NCBI GenBank assembly: GCA_030390025.1
Contig: CM059431.1
Coordinates: forward strand, 146,260,001-146,324,000
Source of the DNA: Squalus acanthias
Lineage: Eukaryota
DNA: 64,000 nucleotides
Reading direction: 5' to 3'
In this document: positions 1 through 15,000 of the stretch, piece by piece
Layout of the letters: each line of letters starts with the position of its first letter
How positions within the stretch are numbered: the stretch's first letter is position 1
Position numbers and translations under genes: made by a program
The notes under the pieces: model-generated
Seen by the model: only the letters and a program-made list of their open reading frames with translations
What the model was told of the DNA's origin: nothing
The model's database searches: none

Positions 1-3000
1 TTGACTCAGATACACACTCGTCCTGGAGATGGACTGGGGAGAAAGTTCAGAGAGTGTCCCATTGACTCAGATACACACTGGTCCTGGAGATGGACTGGGG
101 AGAAAGGTCAGAGAGTGTCCTATTGACTCAGATACACACTGGTCCTGGAGATGGACTGGGGAGAAAGTTCAGAGAGTGTCCCATTGACTCAGATACACAC
201 TGGTCCTGAAGATGGACTGGGGAGAAAGGTCAGAGAGTGTCCTATTGACTCAGATACACACTGGTCCTGGAGATGGAATGTGGAGAAAGTTCAGAGGGAT
301 TCACTTTGGCTCAGCTACACACTTCTCCTGGAGATGGACAGGGAAGAATGGTCAGAGAGTGTCCCATTGACTCAGATACACGCTGGTTATGGAGATGGAC
401 TGGGGAATAATGACAGACAGTGTCCTATTGACTCAGATACACACTGGTCCTGGAGATGGACTGGGGACAAAGGTCAGAGAGTGTCCTATTGACTCAGATA
501 CACACTGGTCCTGGAGATGGACTTGGGAGAAAGGTCAGAGAGAGTCCCATTGACTCAGATACACACTGGTCCTGGAGATGGACTGGGGAGAAAGGTCAGA
601 GAGAGTCCCTTTGACACAGATGGGCACTGGTCCTGGAGATGGACTGGGGAGAAAGGTCAGAGAGAGTCCCATTGACACGGATACACACTGGTCCTGGAGA
701 TGGACTGGGGAGAAAGGTCAGAGAGAGTCTATTTGACTCAGATACACACTGCTCCAGGAAATGGATTCGGGTGAAAGTTCAGAGAGTGTCGCCTTAACTC
801 AGATACACACTGTTCCTGGAGATGGACCGGGGCGAAAGGTCGGAGAGATACCCATTGACTCAGATACACACTGGTCCTGGAGATGGAAAGTGGGACAATG
901 TTCAGAGAGATTCCCATTGACTCAGATACACGCTGGTCCTGGAGATGTACAGGGGAGAAAGTTCAGAGAGAGTCCTATTGAAACAGATGGACACTGGTCC
1001 TGGAGTTTGATTGGGGAGAAATGTCAGACAGAGTCCTATTGACACAGATTCACAGTGGTCCCGGAGATGGACTGGGGAGAAATGTCAGAGAGAGCCCCAG
1101 TGACTCAGATACACACTTCTCCTGGAGATGGACCGGGGAGAAATGTCAGAGAGAGTCCCATTGACTCAGATACACACTCGTCCTGGAGATGGACTGGGGA
1201 GAAAGTTCAGAGAGTGTCCCATTGACTCAGATGCACACTGGTCCTGGAGATGGACCGGGGAGAAAGGTCAGAGAGTGTCCTATTGACTCAGATACACACG
1301 GGTCCTGGAGATGGACTTGGGAGAATGGTCAGAGAGAGTTCCATTGACACAGATACACACTTTTCCTGGAGATGGACTGTGGAGAAAGGTCAGAGATAGT
1401 CCCATTGACTCAGATACACACTGCTCCTGGAGATGGACTGTGGAGAAAGGTCAGAGGGATTCCCTTTGGCTCAGCTACACATTTCTCCTGGAGATGGACA
1501 GGGAAGAAAAGTCAGAGAGAGTCCCATTGACTCAGATACACACTGGTTCTGGAGATGGACTGGGGAGAAATGTCAGAGAGTGTCCCATTGACTCAGATAC
1601 ACACTGTTCCTGGAGATGGACCGGGGCAAAAGGTCAGAGAGATACCAATTGACTCAGATACACACTGGTCCTGGAGATGGACTTGGGAGAAAATTGAGAG
1701 AGAGTCCCATTGACTCAAATACACACTGGTCCTGGAGATGGACTGGGGAGAAAGGGCAGAGAGTGTCCTATTGACACAGATACACACTGGTCCTGGAGAT
1801 GGTCTTGGGAGAAAGGTCAGAGAGAGTCCCATTGACTCAGATACACACTGGTCCTGGAGATGGACTGAGGAGAAAGGTCAGAGAGAGTCTATTGGAAACA
1901 GATACACACTGCTCCAGGAAATGGACTCGGGTGAAAGTTCAGAGAGTGTCCCATTAACTCAGATACACACTATTCCTGGAGATGGACCGGGGCGAAAGGT
2001 CAGAGAGATACCCATTGACTCAGATACACACTGGTCCTGGAGATGGACTTGGGACAATGTTCAGAGAGATTCCCATTGATTCAGATACACGCTGGTCCTG
2101 GAGATGTACAGGTGAGAAAGTTCAGAGAGAGTCCTTTTGACACAGATGGACACTGGTCCTGGAGTTTGATTGAGGAGAAATGCCAGACAGAGTCCGATTG
2201 ACACAGATTCACAGTGGTCCCGGAGATGGACTGGGGAGAAAGGTCAGAGAGAGTCCCATTGACTCAGATACACACTGGTCATGGAGATGGACAGGGGAGA
2301 AAGTTCAGAGAGAACCCCATTTACTCAGATACACACTGGTCCTGGAGATTGACTGGGGAGAAATATCAGAGAGTGCCTCGTTGACTGAGATAGACAATGG
2401 TCCTGGAGATGGGCCGGGGATACATGTTAGACAGAATCCCATTTACTCAGATCCACGCTGGTCCCGGAGATGGACAGCGGAGATATGTCAGTGGGAGTCT
2501 CATTGACTCAGATACATACTGGTCCTGGAGATGGACGTGGGAGAAATGTCAGAGAGTGTCGCATTGACACAAATGTACACTGGTCCTGGAAATGTACTGG
2601 GTAGAAAGGTCAGAGAGTGTCCTATTGACTCAGATACACACTGGTCCTGGAGATGGACTTGGGAGAAAGGACAGAGAGAGTCCCATTGACACAGATACAC
2701 ACTGGTCCTGGAGATGGACTGGGGAGTAAGGTCAGAGAGAGTCCCATTGACACTGATGGACACTGGTCCTGGAGATGGGCTGGGGAGAAAGGTCAGAGAG
2801 AGTCCCATTGACACAGATACACACTGGTCCTGGAGATGGACTGTGGAGAAAGTTCAGAGGGATTCACTTTGGCTCAGCTACACACTTCTCCTGGAGATGG
2901 ACAGGGAAGAATGGTCAGAGAGTGTCCCATTGACTCAGATACACGCTGGTTATGGAGATGGACTGGGGAATAATGTCAGACAGTGTCCTATTGACTCAGA

Positions 3001-6000
3001 TACACACTGGTCCTGGAGATGGACTGGGGACAAAGGTCAGAGAGTGTCCTATTGACTCAGATACACACTGGTCCTGGAGATGGACTTGGGAGAAAGGTCA
3101 GAGAGAGTCCCATTGACTCAGATACACACTGGTCCTGGAGATGGACTGGGGAGAAAGGTCAGAGAGAGTCCCTTTGACACAGATGGGCACTGGTCCTGGA
3201 GATGGACTGGGGAGAAAGGTCAGAGAGAGTCCCATTGACACGGATACACACTGGTCCTGGAGATGGACTGGAGAGAAAGGTCAGAGAGAGTCTATTTGAC
3301 TCAGATACACACTGCTCCAGGAAATGGATTCGGGTGAAAGTTCAGAGAGTGTCGCCTTAACTCAGATACACACTGTTCCTGGAGATGGACCTGGGCGAAA
3401 GGTCGGAGAGATACCCATTGAATCAGATACACACTGGTCCTGGAGATGGAAAGTGGGACAATGTTCAGAGAGATTCCCATTGACTCAGATACATGCTGGT
3501 CCTGGAGATGTACAGTGGAGAAAGTTCAGAGAGAGTCCTATTGAAACAGATGGACACTGGTCCTGGAGTTTGATTGGGGAGAAATGTCAGACAGAGTCCT
3601 ATTGACACAGATTCACAGTGGTCCCGGAGATGGACTGGGGAGAAATGTCAGAGAGAGCCCCATTGACTCAGATACACACTTCTCCTGGAGATGGACCGGC
3701 GAGAAATGTCAGAGAGAGTCCCATTGACTCAGATACACACTCGTCCTGGAGATGGACTGGGGAGAAAGTTCAGAGAGTGTCCCATTGACTCAGATACACA
3801 CTGGTCCTGGAGATGGACTGGGGAGAAAGGTCAGAGAGTGTCCTATTGACTCAGATACACACTGGTCCTGGAGATGGACTTGGGAGAAAGTTCAGAGAGT
3901 CCCATTGACTCAGATGCACACTGGTCCTGGAGATGGACTGGGGAGAAAGGTCAGAGAGAGTCCCTTTGACACAGACGGACACTGGTCCTGGAGATGGACT
4001 GGGGAGAAAGGTCAGAGAGAGTCCCTTTGACACAGATGGGCACTGGTCCTGGAGATGGACTGGGGAGAAAGGTCAGAGAGAGTCCCATTGACACGGATAC
4101 ACACTGGTCCTGGAGATGGACTGGGGAGAAAGGTCAGAGAGAGTCTATTTGACTCAGATACACACTGCTCCAGGAAATGGATTCGGGTGAAAGTTCAGAG
4201 AGTGTCGCCTTAACTCAGATACACACTGTTCCTGGAGATGGACCGGGGCGAAAGGTCAGAGAGATACCCATTGACTCAGATACACACTGGTCCTGGAGAT
4301 GGAAAGTGGGACAATGTTCAGAGAGATTCCCATTGACTCAGATACACGCTGGTCCTGGAGATGTACAGGGGAGAAAGTTCAGAGAGAGTCCTATTGAAAC
4401 AGATGGACACTGGTCCTGGAGTTTGATTGGGGAGAAATGTCAGACAGAGTCCTATTGACTCAGATTCACAGTGGTCCCGGAGATGGACTGGGGAGAAATG
4501 TCAGAGAGAGCCCCATAGACTCAGATACATACTTCTCCTGGAGATGGACCGGGGAGAAATGTCAGAGAGAGTCCCATTGACTCAGATACACACTCGTCCT
4601 GGAGATGGACCGGGGAGAAATGTCAGAGAGAGTCCCATTGACTCAGATACACACTCGTCCTGGAGATGGACTGGGGAGAAAGTTCAGAGAGTGTCCCATT
4701 GACTCAGATACACACTGGTCCTGGAGATGGACTGGGGAGAAAGGTCGGAGAGTGTCCTATTGACTCAGATACACACTGGTCCTGGAGATGGACTTGGGAG
4801 AAAGTTCAGAGAGTCCCATTGACTCAGATGCACACTGGTCCTGGAGATGGACTGGGGAGAAAGGTCAGAGAGAGTCCCTTTGACACAGACGGACACTGGT
4901 CCTGGAGATGGACTGGGGAGAAAGGTCAGAGAGAGTCCCTTTGACACAGATGGGCACTGGTCCTGGAGATGGACTGGGGAGAAAGGTCAGAGAGAGTCCC
5001 ATTGACACGGATACACACTGGTCCTGGAGATGGACTGGGGAGAAAGGTCAGAGAGAGTCTATTTGACTCAGATACACACTGCTCCAGGAAATGGATTCGG
5101 GTGAAAGTTCAGAGAGTGTCGCCTTAACTCAGATACACACTGTTCCTGGAGATGGACCGGGGCGAAAGGTCAGAGAGATACCCATTGACTCAGATACACA
5201 CTGGTCCTGGAGATGGAAAGTGGGACAATGTTCAGAGAGATTCCCATTGACTCAGATACACGCTGGTCCTGGAGATGTACAGGGGAGAAAGTTCAGAGAG
5301 AGTCCTATTGAAACAGATGGACACTGGTCCTGGAGTTTGATTGGGGAGAAATGTCAGACAGAGTCCTATTGACTCAGATTCACAGTGGTCCCGGAGATGG
5401 ACTGGGGAGAAATGTCAGAGAGAGCCCCATAGACTCAGATACATACTTCTCCTGGAGATGGACCGGGGAGAAATGTCAGAGAGAGTCCCATTGACTCAGA
5501 TACACACTCGTCCTGGAGATGGACTAGGGAGAAAGTTCAGAGAGTGTCCCATTGACTCAGATACATACTGGTCCTGGAGATGGACTGGGGAGAAAGGTCA
5601 GAGAGTGTCCCATTGACTCAGATGCACACTGGTCCTGGAGATGGACTGGGGAGAAAGGTCAGAGAGAGTCCCTTTGACACAGCCGGACACTGGTCCTGGA
5701 GATGGACTGGGGAGAAAGGTCAGAGAGAGTCCCATTGACACAGATACACAATGATCCTGGAGATGGACCGGGGAGAAATGTCAGAGAGAGTCCCATTGAC
5801 TCAGATACACACTCGACTGGAGATGGACTGGGGAGAAAGGTCAGAGAGTGTGACATTGACTCAGATACACACTGGTCCTGGAGATGGACTGGGGAGAAAG
5901 GTCAGAGAGTGTCCCATTGACTCAGATACACACTGGTCCTGGAGATGGACTTGGGAGAAAAGTCAGAGAGAGTCCCATTGACACAGATACACACTGGTCC

Positions 6001-9000
6001 TGGAGATGGACCGGGGAGAAAGGTCAGAGGGATTCCCGTTGGATCAGCTATACACTTCTCCTGGAAATGGACGGGGAAGAAAGGTCAGAGAGAGTCCCAT
6101 TGACTCAGATACACACTGGTTCTGGAGATGGACTTGGGAGAAAGGTCAGAGAGTGTCCCATTGACTCAGATACACACTGTTCCTGGAGATGGACTTGGGA
6201 GAAAGGTCAGAGAGAGACCATTGACGCAGTTACAAACTGGTCCTGGAGATGGACTGGGGAGAAAGGTCAGAGAGAGTCCCATTGACACAGATGGACACTG
6301 GTCCTGGAGATGGACTGGGGAGAAAGGTCAGAGAGAGTCCCATTGACACAGATACACAATGATCCTGGAGATGGACCGGGGAGAATGGTCAGAGAGACTC
6401 CCACTGACTCAGATACACACTGGTACTGAAGATGGACCGGGTATAAAGCTCAGAGAGAGTCCCATTTACTCAGATACACACTGGTCCTGGAGATGGACCG
6501 GGGTGAATTGTCAGAGAGAGTCCCATTGACTCAGATACACTGGTCCTGGAGATGGACTGGGGAGAAAGGTCAGAGAGCCCCATTGACTCAGATACACACT
6601 GGTCCTGGAGATGGACCGGGGAGAAATGTCAGAGAGAGTCCCATTGAGTGAGATACACACTGGTCCTGGAGATGGACTGGGGACAAAGGTCAGAGAGTGT
6701 CCTATTGACTCAGATACACACTGGTCCTGGAGATGGACTTGGGAGAAAGGTCAGAGAGAGTCCCATTGACTCAGATACACACTGGTCCTGGAGATGGACT
6801 GGGGAGAAAGGTCAGAGAGAGTCCCTTTGACACAGATGGGCACTGGTCCTGGAGATGGACTGGGGAGAAAGGTCAGAGAGAGTCCCATTGACACGGATAC
6901 ACACTTGTCCTGGAGATGGACTGGAGAGAAAGGTCAGAGAGAGTCTATTTGACTCAGATACACACTGCTCCAGGAAATGGATTCGGGTGAAAGTTCAGAG
7001 AGTGTCGCCTTAACTCAGATACACACTGTTCCTGGAGATGGACCTGGGCGAAAGGTCGAGAGATACCCATTGAATCAGATACACACTGGTCCTGGAGATG
7101 GAAAGTGGGACAATGTTCAGAGAGATTCCCATTGACTCAGATACATGCTGGTCCTGGAGATGTACAGTGGAGAAAGTTCAGAGAGAGTCCTATTGAAACA
7201 GATGGACACTGGTCCTGGAGTTTGATTGGGGAGAAATGTCAGACAGAGTCCTATTGACACAGATTCACAGTGGTCCCGGAGATGGACTGGGGAGAAATGT
7301 CAGAGAGAGCCCCATTGACTCAGATACACACTTCTCCTGGAGATGGACCGGGGAGAAATGTCAGAGAGAGTCCCATTGACTCAGATACACACTCGTCCTG
7401 GAGATGGACTGGGGAGAAAGTTCAGAGAGTGTCCCATTGACTCAGATACACACTGGTCCTGGAGATGGACTGGGGAGAAAGGTCAGAGAGTGTCCTATTG
7501 ACTCAGATACACACTGGTCCTGGAGATGGACTTGGGAGAAAGTTCAGAGAGTCCCATTGACTCAGATGCACACTGGTCCTGGAGATGGACTGGGGAGAAA
7601 GGTCAGAGAGAGTCCCTTTGACACAGACGGACACTGGTCCTGGAGATGGACTGGGGAGAAAGGTCAGAGAGAGTCCCTTTGACACAGATGGGCACTGGTC
7701 CTGGAGATGGACTGGGGAGAAAGGTCAGAGAGAGTCCCATTGACACGGATACACACTGGTCCTGGAGATGGACTGGGGAGAAAGGTCAGAGAGAGTCTAT
7801 TTGACTCAGATACACACTGCTCCAGGAAATGGATTCGGGTGAAAGTTCAGAGAGTGTCGCCTTAACTCAGATACACACTGTTCCTGGAGATGGACCGGGG
7901 CGAAAGGTCAGAGAGATACCCATTGACTCAGATACACACTGGTCCTGGAGATGGAAAGTGGGACAATGTTCAGAGAGATTCCCATTGACTCAGATACACG
8001 CTGGTCCTGGAGATGTACAGGGGAGAAAGTTCAGAGAGAGTCCTATTGAAACAGATGGACACTGGTCCTGGAGTTTGATTGGGGAGAAATGTCAGACAGA
8101 GTCCTATTGACTCAGATTCACAGTGGTCCCGGAGATGGACTGGGGAGAAATGTCAGAGAGAGCCCCATAGACTCAGATACATACTTCTCCTGGAGATGGA
8201 CCGGGGAGAAATGTCAGAGAGAGTCCCATTGACTCAGATACACACTCGTCCTGGAGATGGACCGGGGAGAAATGTCAGAGAGAGTCCCATTGACTCAGAT
8301 ACACACTCGTCCTGGAGATGGACTGGGGAGAAAGTTCAGAGAGTGTCCCATTGACTCAGATACACACTGGTCCTGGAGATGGACTGGGGAGAAAGGTCGG
8401 AGAGTGTCCTATTGACTCAGATACACACTGGTCCTGGAGATGGACTTGGGAGAAAGTTCAGAGAGTCCCATTGACTCAGATGCACACTGGTCCTGGAGAT
8501 GGACTGGGGAGAAAGGTCAGAGAGAGTCCCTTTGACACAGACGGACACTGGTCCTGGAGATGGACTGGGGAGAAAGGTCAGAGAGAGTCCCTTTGACACA
8601 GATGGGCACTGGTCCTGGAGATGGACTGGGGAGAAAGGTCAGAGAGAGTCCCATTGACACGGATACACACTGGTCCTGGAGATGGACTGGGGAGAAAGGT
8701 CAGAGAGAGTCTATTTGACTCAGATACACACTGCTCCAGGAAATGGATTCGGGTGAAAGTTCAGAGAGTGTCGCCTTAACTCAGATACACACTGTTCCTG
8801 GAGATGGACCGGGGCGAAAGGTCAGAGAGATACCCATTGACTCAGATACACACTGGTCCTGGAGATGGAAAGTGGGACAATGTTCAGAGAGATTCCCATT
8901 GACTCAGATACACGCTGGTCCTGGAGATGTACAGGGGAGAAAGTTCAGAGAGAGTCCTATTGAAACAGATGGACACTGGTCCTGGAGTTTGATTGGGGAG

Positions 9001-12000
9001 AAATGTCAGACAGAGTCCTATTGACTCAGATTCACAGTGGTCCCGGAGATGGACTGGGGAGAAATGTCAGAGAGAGCCCCATAGACTCAGATACATACTT
9101 CTCCTGGAGATGGACCGGGGAGAAATGTCAGAGAGAGTCCCATTGACTCAGATACACACTCGTCCTGGAGATGGACTAGGGAGAAAGTTCAGAGAGTGTC
9201 CCATTGACTCAGATACATACTGGTCCTGGAGATGGACTGGGGAGAAAGGTCAGAGAGTGTCCTATTGACTCAGATACACACTGGTCCTGGAGATGGACTT
9301 GGGAGAAAGTTCAGAGAGAGTCCCATTGACTCAGATGCACACTGGTCCTGGAGATGGACTGGGGAGAAAGGTCAGAGAGAGTCCCTTTGACACAGCCGGA
9401 CACTGGTCCTGGAGATGGACTGGGGAGAAAGGTCAGAGAGAGTCCCATTGACACAGATACACAATGATCCTGGAGATGGACCGGGGAGAAATGTCAGAGA
9501 GAGTCCCATTGACTCAGATACACACTCGACTGGAGATGGACTGGGGAGAAAGGTCAGAGAGTGTGACATTGACTCAGATACACACTGGTCCTGGAGATGG
9601 ACTGGGGAGAAAGGTCAGAGAGTGTCCCATTGACTCAGATACACACTGGTCCTGGAGATGGACTTGGGAGAAAAGTCAGAGAGAGTCCCATTGACACAGA
9701 TACACACTGGTCCTGGAGATGGACCGGGGAGAAAGGTCAGAGGGATTCCCGTTGGATCAGCTATACACTTCTCCTGGAAATGGACGGGGAAGAAAGGTCA
9801 GAGAGAGTCCCATTGACTCAGATACACACTGGTTCTGGAGATGGACTTGGGAGAAAGGTCAGAGAGTGTCCCATTGACTCAGATACACACTGTTCCTGGA
9901 GATGGACTTGGGAGAAAGGTCAGAGAGAGACCATTGACGCAGTTACAAACTGGTCCTGGAGATGGACTGGGGAGAAAGGTCAGAGAGAGTCCCATTGACA
10001 CAGATGGACACTGGTCCTGGAGATGGACTGGGGAGAAAGGTCAGAGAGAGTCCCATTGACACAGATACACAATGATCCTGGAGATGGACCGGGGAGAATG
10101 GTCAGAGAGACTCCCACTGACTCAGATACACACTGGTACTGAAGATGGACCGGGTATAAAGCTCAGAGAGAGTCCCATTTACTCAGATACACACTGGTCC
10201 TGGAGATGGACCGGGGTGAATTGTCAGAGAGAGTCCCATTGACTCAGATACACTGGTCCTGGAGATGGACTGGGGAGAAAGGTCAGAGAGCCCCATTGAC
10301 TCAGATACACACTGGTCCTGGAGATGGACCGGGGAGAAATGTCAGAGAGAGTCCCATTGAGTGAGATACACACTGGTCCTGGAGATGGACTGGGGAGAAA
10401 GGTCAGAGAGAGTCCCATTGACTCAGATACACACTGGTCCTGGAGATGGACTGGGGAGAATGTTCAGAGAGTGTCCTATTGACTCAGATACACACTGGTT
10501 CTGGAGATGGAATTGGGAGAAAGGTCAGAGAGAGTCCCATTGACTCAGATACACACTGGTCCTGGAGATGGACGGGGGAGAAAGGTCAGAGAGTGTCCTA
10601 TTGACTCAGATACACACGCGTCCTGGAGATGGACTTGGGAGACTGGTCAGAGAGAGTTCCATTGACTCAGATACACACTGTTCCTGGAGATGGACTGTGG
10701 AGAAATGTCAGAGATAGTCCCATTGACACAGATACACACTGGTCCTGGAGATGGACTGTGGAGAAAGGTCAGAGGGATTCCCTTTGGCTCAGCTACACAT
10801 TTCTCCTGGAGATGGACAGGGAAGAAAATTCAGAGAGAGTCCCATTGACTCAGATACACACTGGTTCTGGAGATGGACTGGGGAGAAAGGTCAGAGAGTG
10901 TCCCATTGACTCAGATACACACTGTTCCTGGAGATTGACCGGGGCGAAAGGTCAGCGAGACACCCATTGACTCAGATACACACTGGTCCTGGAGATGGAC
11001 TTGGGAGAAAATTGAGAGAGAGTCCCATTGACTCAAATACACACTGGTCCTGGAGATGGACTGGGGAGAAAGGGCAGAGAGTGTCCTAGTGACACAGATA
11101 CACACTGCTCCAGGAAATGGACTCGGGCGAAAGTTCAGAGAGTGTCCCATTAACTCAGATACACACTGTTCCTGGAGATGGACCGGGGCGAAAGGTCAGA
11201 GAGATACCCATTGACTCAGATACACACTGGTCCTGGAGATGGACGTGGGACAATGTTCAGAGAGATTCCCATTGATTCAGATACACGATGGTCCTGGAGA
11301 TGTACAGGTGAGAAAGTTCAGAGAGAGTCCTATTGACACAGATGGACACTGGTCCTGGAGTTTGATTGAGGAGAAATGCCAGACAGAGTCCGATTGACAC
11401 AGATTCACAGTGGTCCCGGAGATGGACTGGGGAGAAAGGTCAGAGAGAGTCCCATTGACTCAGATAAACACTGGTCATGGAGATGGACAGGGGAGAAAGT
11501 TCAGAGAGTGCCTCGTTGACTGAGATAGACAATGGTCCTGGAGATGGGCCGGGGAGACATGTTAGACAGAATCCCATTTACTCAGATCCACGCTGGTCCC
11601 GGAGATGGACAGCGGAGATATGTCAGTGGGAGTCTCATTGACTCAGATACATACTGGTCCTGGAGATGGACGTGGGAGAAATGTCAGAGAGTGTCGCATT
11701 GACACAAATGTACACTGGTCCTGGAGATGTACTGGGTAGAAAGGTCAGAGAGTGTCCTATTGACTCAGATACACACTGGTCCTGGAAATGGACTTGGGAG
11801 AAAGGTCAGAGAGAGTCCCATTGACACAGATACACACTGGTCCTGGAGATGGACTGGGGAGTAAGGTCAGAGAGAGTCCCATTGACACTGATGGACACTG
11901 TTCCTTGAGATGGACTGGGGAGAAAGGTCAGAGAGAGTCCCATTGACACAGATACACACTGGTCCTGGAGTTGGACTGTGGAGAAAGTTCAGAGGGATTC

Positions 12001-15000
12001 ACTTTGGCTCAGCTACACACTTCTCCTGGAGATGGACAGGGAAGAAAGGTCAGAGAGTGTCCCATTGACTCAGATACACACTGGTTATGGAGATGGACTG
12101 GGGAGAAAGGTCAGAGAGTGTCCTATTGACCCAGATACACACTGGTCCTGGAGATGGACCGGGGAGAAATGTCAGAGAGAGTCCCATTGACTCAGATACA
12201 CACTCGTCCTGGAGATGGACTGGGGAGAAAGTTCAGAGAGTGTCCCATTGACTCAGATACACACTGATCCTGGAGATGGACTCGGGAGAAAGGTCAGAGA
12301 GTGTCCTATTGACTCAGATACACACTGGTTCTGGAGATGGACTTGGGAGAAAGTTCAGAGAGAGTCCAATTGACTCAGATGCACACTGGTCCTGGAGATG
12401 GACTGGGGAGAAAGGTCAAAGAGAGTCCCTTTGACACAGACGGACACTGGTCCTGGAGATGGACTTGGGAGAAAGGTCAGAGAGAGTCCCATTAACTCAG
12501 ATACACACTGTTCCTGGAGATGGACCGGGGCGAAATGTCAGAGAGATGCCCATTAACTCAGATACACACTGGTCATGGAGATGGACGTGGGGCAATGTTC
12601 AGAGAGATTCCCATTGACTCAGATACACGCTGGTCCTGGAGATGTACAGGGGAGAAAGTTTAGAGAGAGTCCTATTGAAACAGATGGACACTGGTCCTGG
12701 AGTTTGATTGGGGAGCAATGTCAGACAGAGTCCTATTGACTCAGATTCACAGTGGTCCTGGAGATGGACTGGGGAGAAATGTCAGAGAGAGCCCCATTGA
12801 CTCAGATACACACTGATCCTGGAGATGGACTTGGGAGAAAGGTTAGAGAGAGTCCCATTGACACAGATACACACTGGTCCTGGAGATGGACTGGGGAGAA
12901 AGGTCAGAGGGATTCCCGTTAGCTCAGCTATACACTTCTCCTGGAGATGGACGAGGAAGAAAGGTCAGAGAGAGTCCCATTGACTCAGATACACACTGGA
13001 TCTGGAGATGGACTTGGAAGAAAGGTCAGAGAGTGTCCCATTGACTCAGATACAAACTGGTCCTGGAGATGGACTGGGGAGAAAGGTCAGAGAGAGTCCC
13101 ATTGACACAGATGGACACTGGTCCTGGAGATGGACTGGGGAGAAAGGTCAGAGAGAGTCCCATTGACACAGATACACAATGGTCCTGGAGATGGTCTGTG
13201 CAGAAAGTTCAGAGGGATTCCCTTTGGCTCAGATACACACTTCTCCTGGAAATGGACAGGGAAGAAAGGTCAGAGAGAGTCCCATTGACTCAGATACACA
13301 TTGGTTCTGGAGATGGACTGGGGAGAAAGGTCAGAGCGTGTCCCATTGACTCAGATACACCCTGGTCCTTGAGATGGACTGGGGAGAAATGTCAGAGAGT
13401 GTCCTATTGACTCAGATAAACACTGGTCCTGGAGATGGACTTGGGAGAAAGGTCAGAGAGAGTCCCATTGACTCAGATACACACTGGTCCTGGAGATGGA
13501 CTGGAGTGAAAGTTCAGAGAGAGTCCCATTGACACAGATGGACACTGGACCTGGAGATGGACTGGAGAGAATGGTCAGAGAGAGTCCCATTCACACAGAT
13601 ACACACTGGTCCTGGAGATGGACTGGGGAGAAAGGTCAGAGAGAGTCTATTTGACTCAGATACACATTGCTCCAGGAAATGGACTCGGGTGAAAGTTCAG
13701 AGAGTGTCCCATTAACTCAGATACCAACTGTTCCTGGAGATGGACCGGGGCGAAAGGTCAGAGAGGTACCCATTGACTCAGATACACACTGGTCCTGGAG
13801 ATGGACGTGGGACAATGTTCAGAGAGATTTCCATTGACTCAGATACACGCTGGTCCTGGAGATGTACAGGGGAGAAAGTTCAGAGAGAGTCCTATTGACA
13901 CAGATGGACACTGAACCTGGAGTTTGATGGGGGAGAAATGTCAGACAGAGTCCTATTGACTCAGATTCACAGTGGTCCCGGAGATGGACTGGGGAGAAAG
14001 GTCAGAGAGAGTCCCATTGACTCAGATACACACTGGTCATGAAGATGGACCGGGGAGAATGTTCAGAGAGAACCCAATTTACTCAGATACACACTGGTCC
14101 TGGAGATTGACTGGGGAGGAATGTCAGAGAGTGCCTCGTTGACTGAGATAGACAATGGTCCTGGAGATGGGCCGGGGTGACATATCAGAGAGAATCCCAT
14201 TTACTCAGATCCACGGTGGTCCCGGAGATGGACAGCGGAGAAATGTCAGTGGGAGTCTCATTGACTCAGATACATACTGGTCCTGGAGATGGACTTGGGA
14301 GAAATGTCAGAGAGAGTCGCATTGACTCAGATGTAAACTGGTCCTGGAGATGTACTGGGTAGAAAGGTCAGAGAGTGTCCTATTGACTCAGATTCACACT
14401 GGTCCTGGAGATGGACTTGGGAGAAAGGTCAGAGAGAGTCCCATTGACACAGATACACACTGGTCCTGGAGATGGACTGTGGAGAAAGGTCAGAAGAGTC
14501 CCATTGACACAGATGGACACTGGTCCTGAGATGGACTGGGGAGAAAGGTCAGAGAGAGTCCCATTGACACAGATACACACTGGTCCTGGACATGGCCTGG
14601 GGAGAAATGTCAGAGAGAGTCCCATTGACACAGATGGACACTGGTCCTGGAGATGGATTGGGGAGAAAGGTCAGAGAGAGTCCCATTGACAGAGATACAC
14701 ACTGGTCCTGGAGATGGACTGTGGAGAAAGGTCAGAGGGATTCCCTTTGGCTCAGCTACACACTTCTCCTGGAGATGGACAAGGAAGAAAGGTCAGAGAG
14801 AGTCCCATTGACTCAGATGCACAATGGTCCTGGAGATGGACTGGGGAGAAAGGTCAGAGAGAGTCCCATTGACACAGATACACACTGGTCCTGGAGATGG
14901 AATGGGGAGCAAGGTGAGAGAGAGTCTATTTGACTCAGATACACACTGCTCCAGGAAATGGCCTCGGGTAAAATTTCTGAGAGTGTCCCATTGACTCAGA

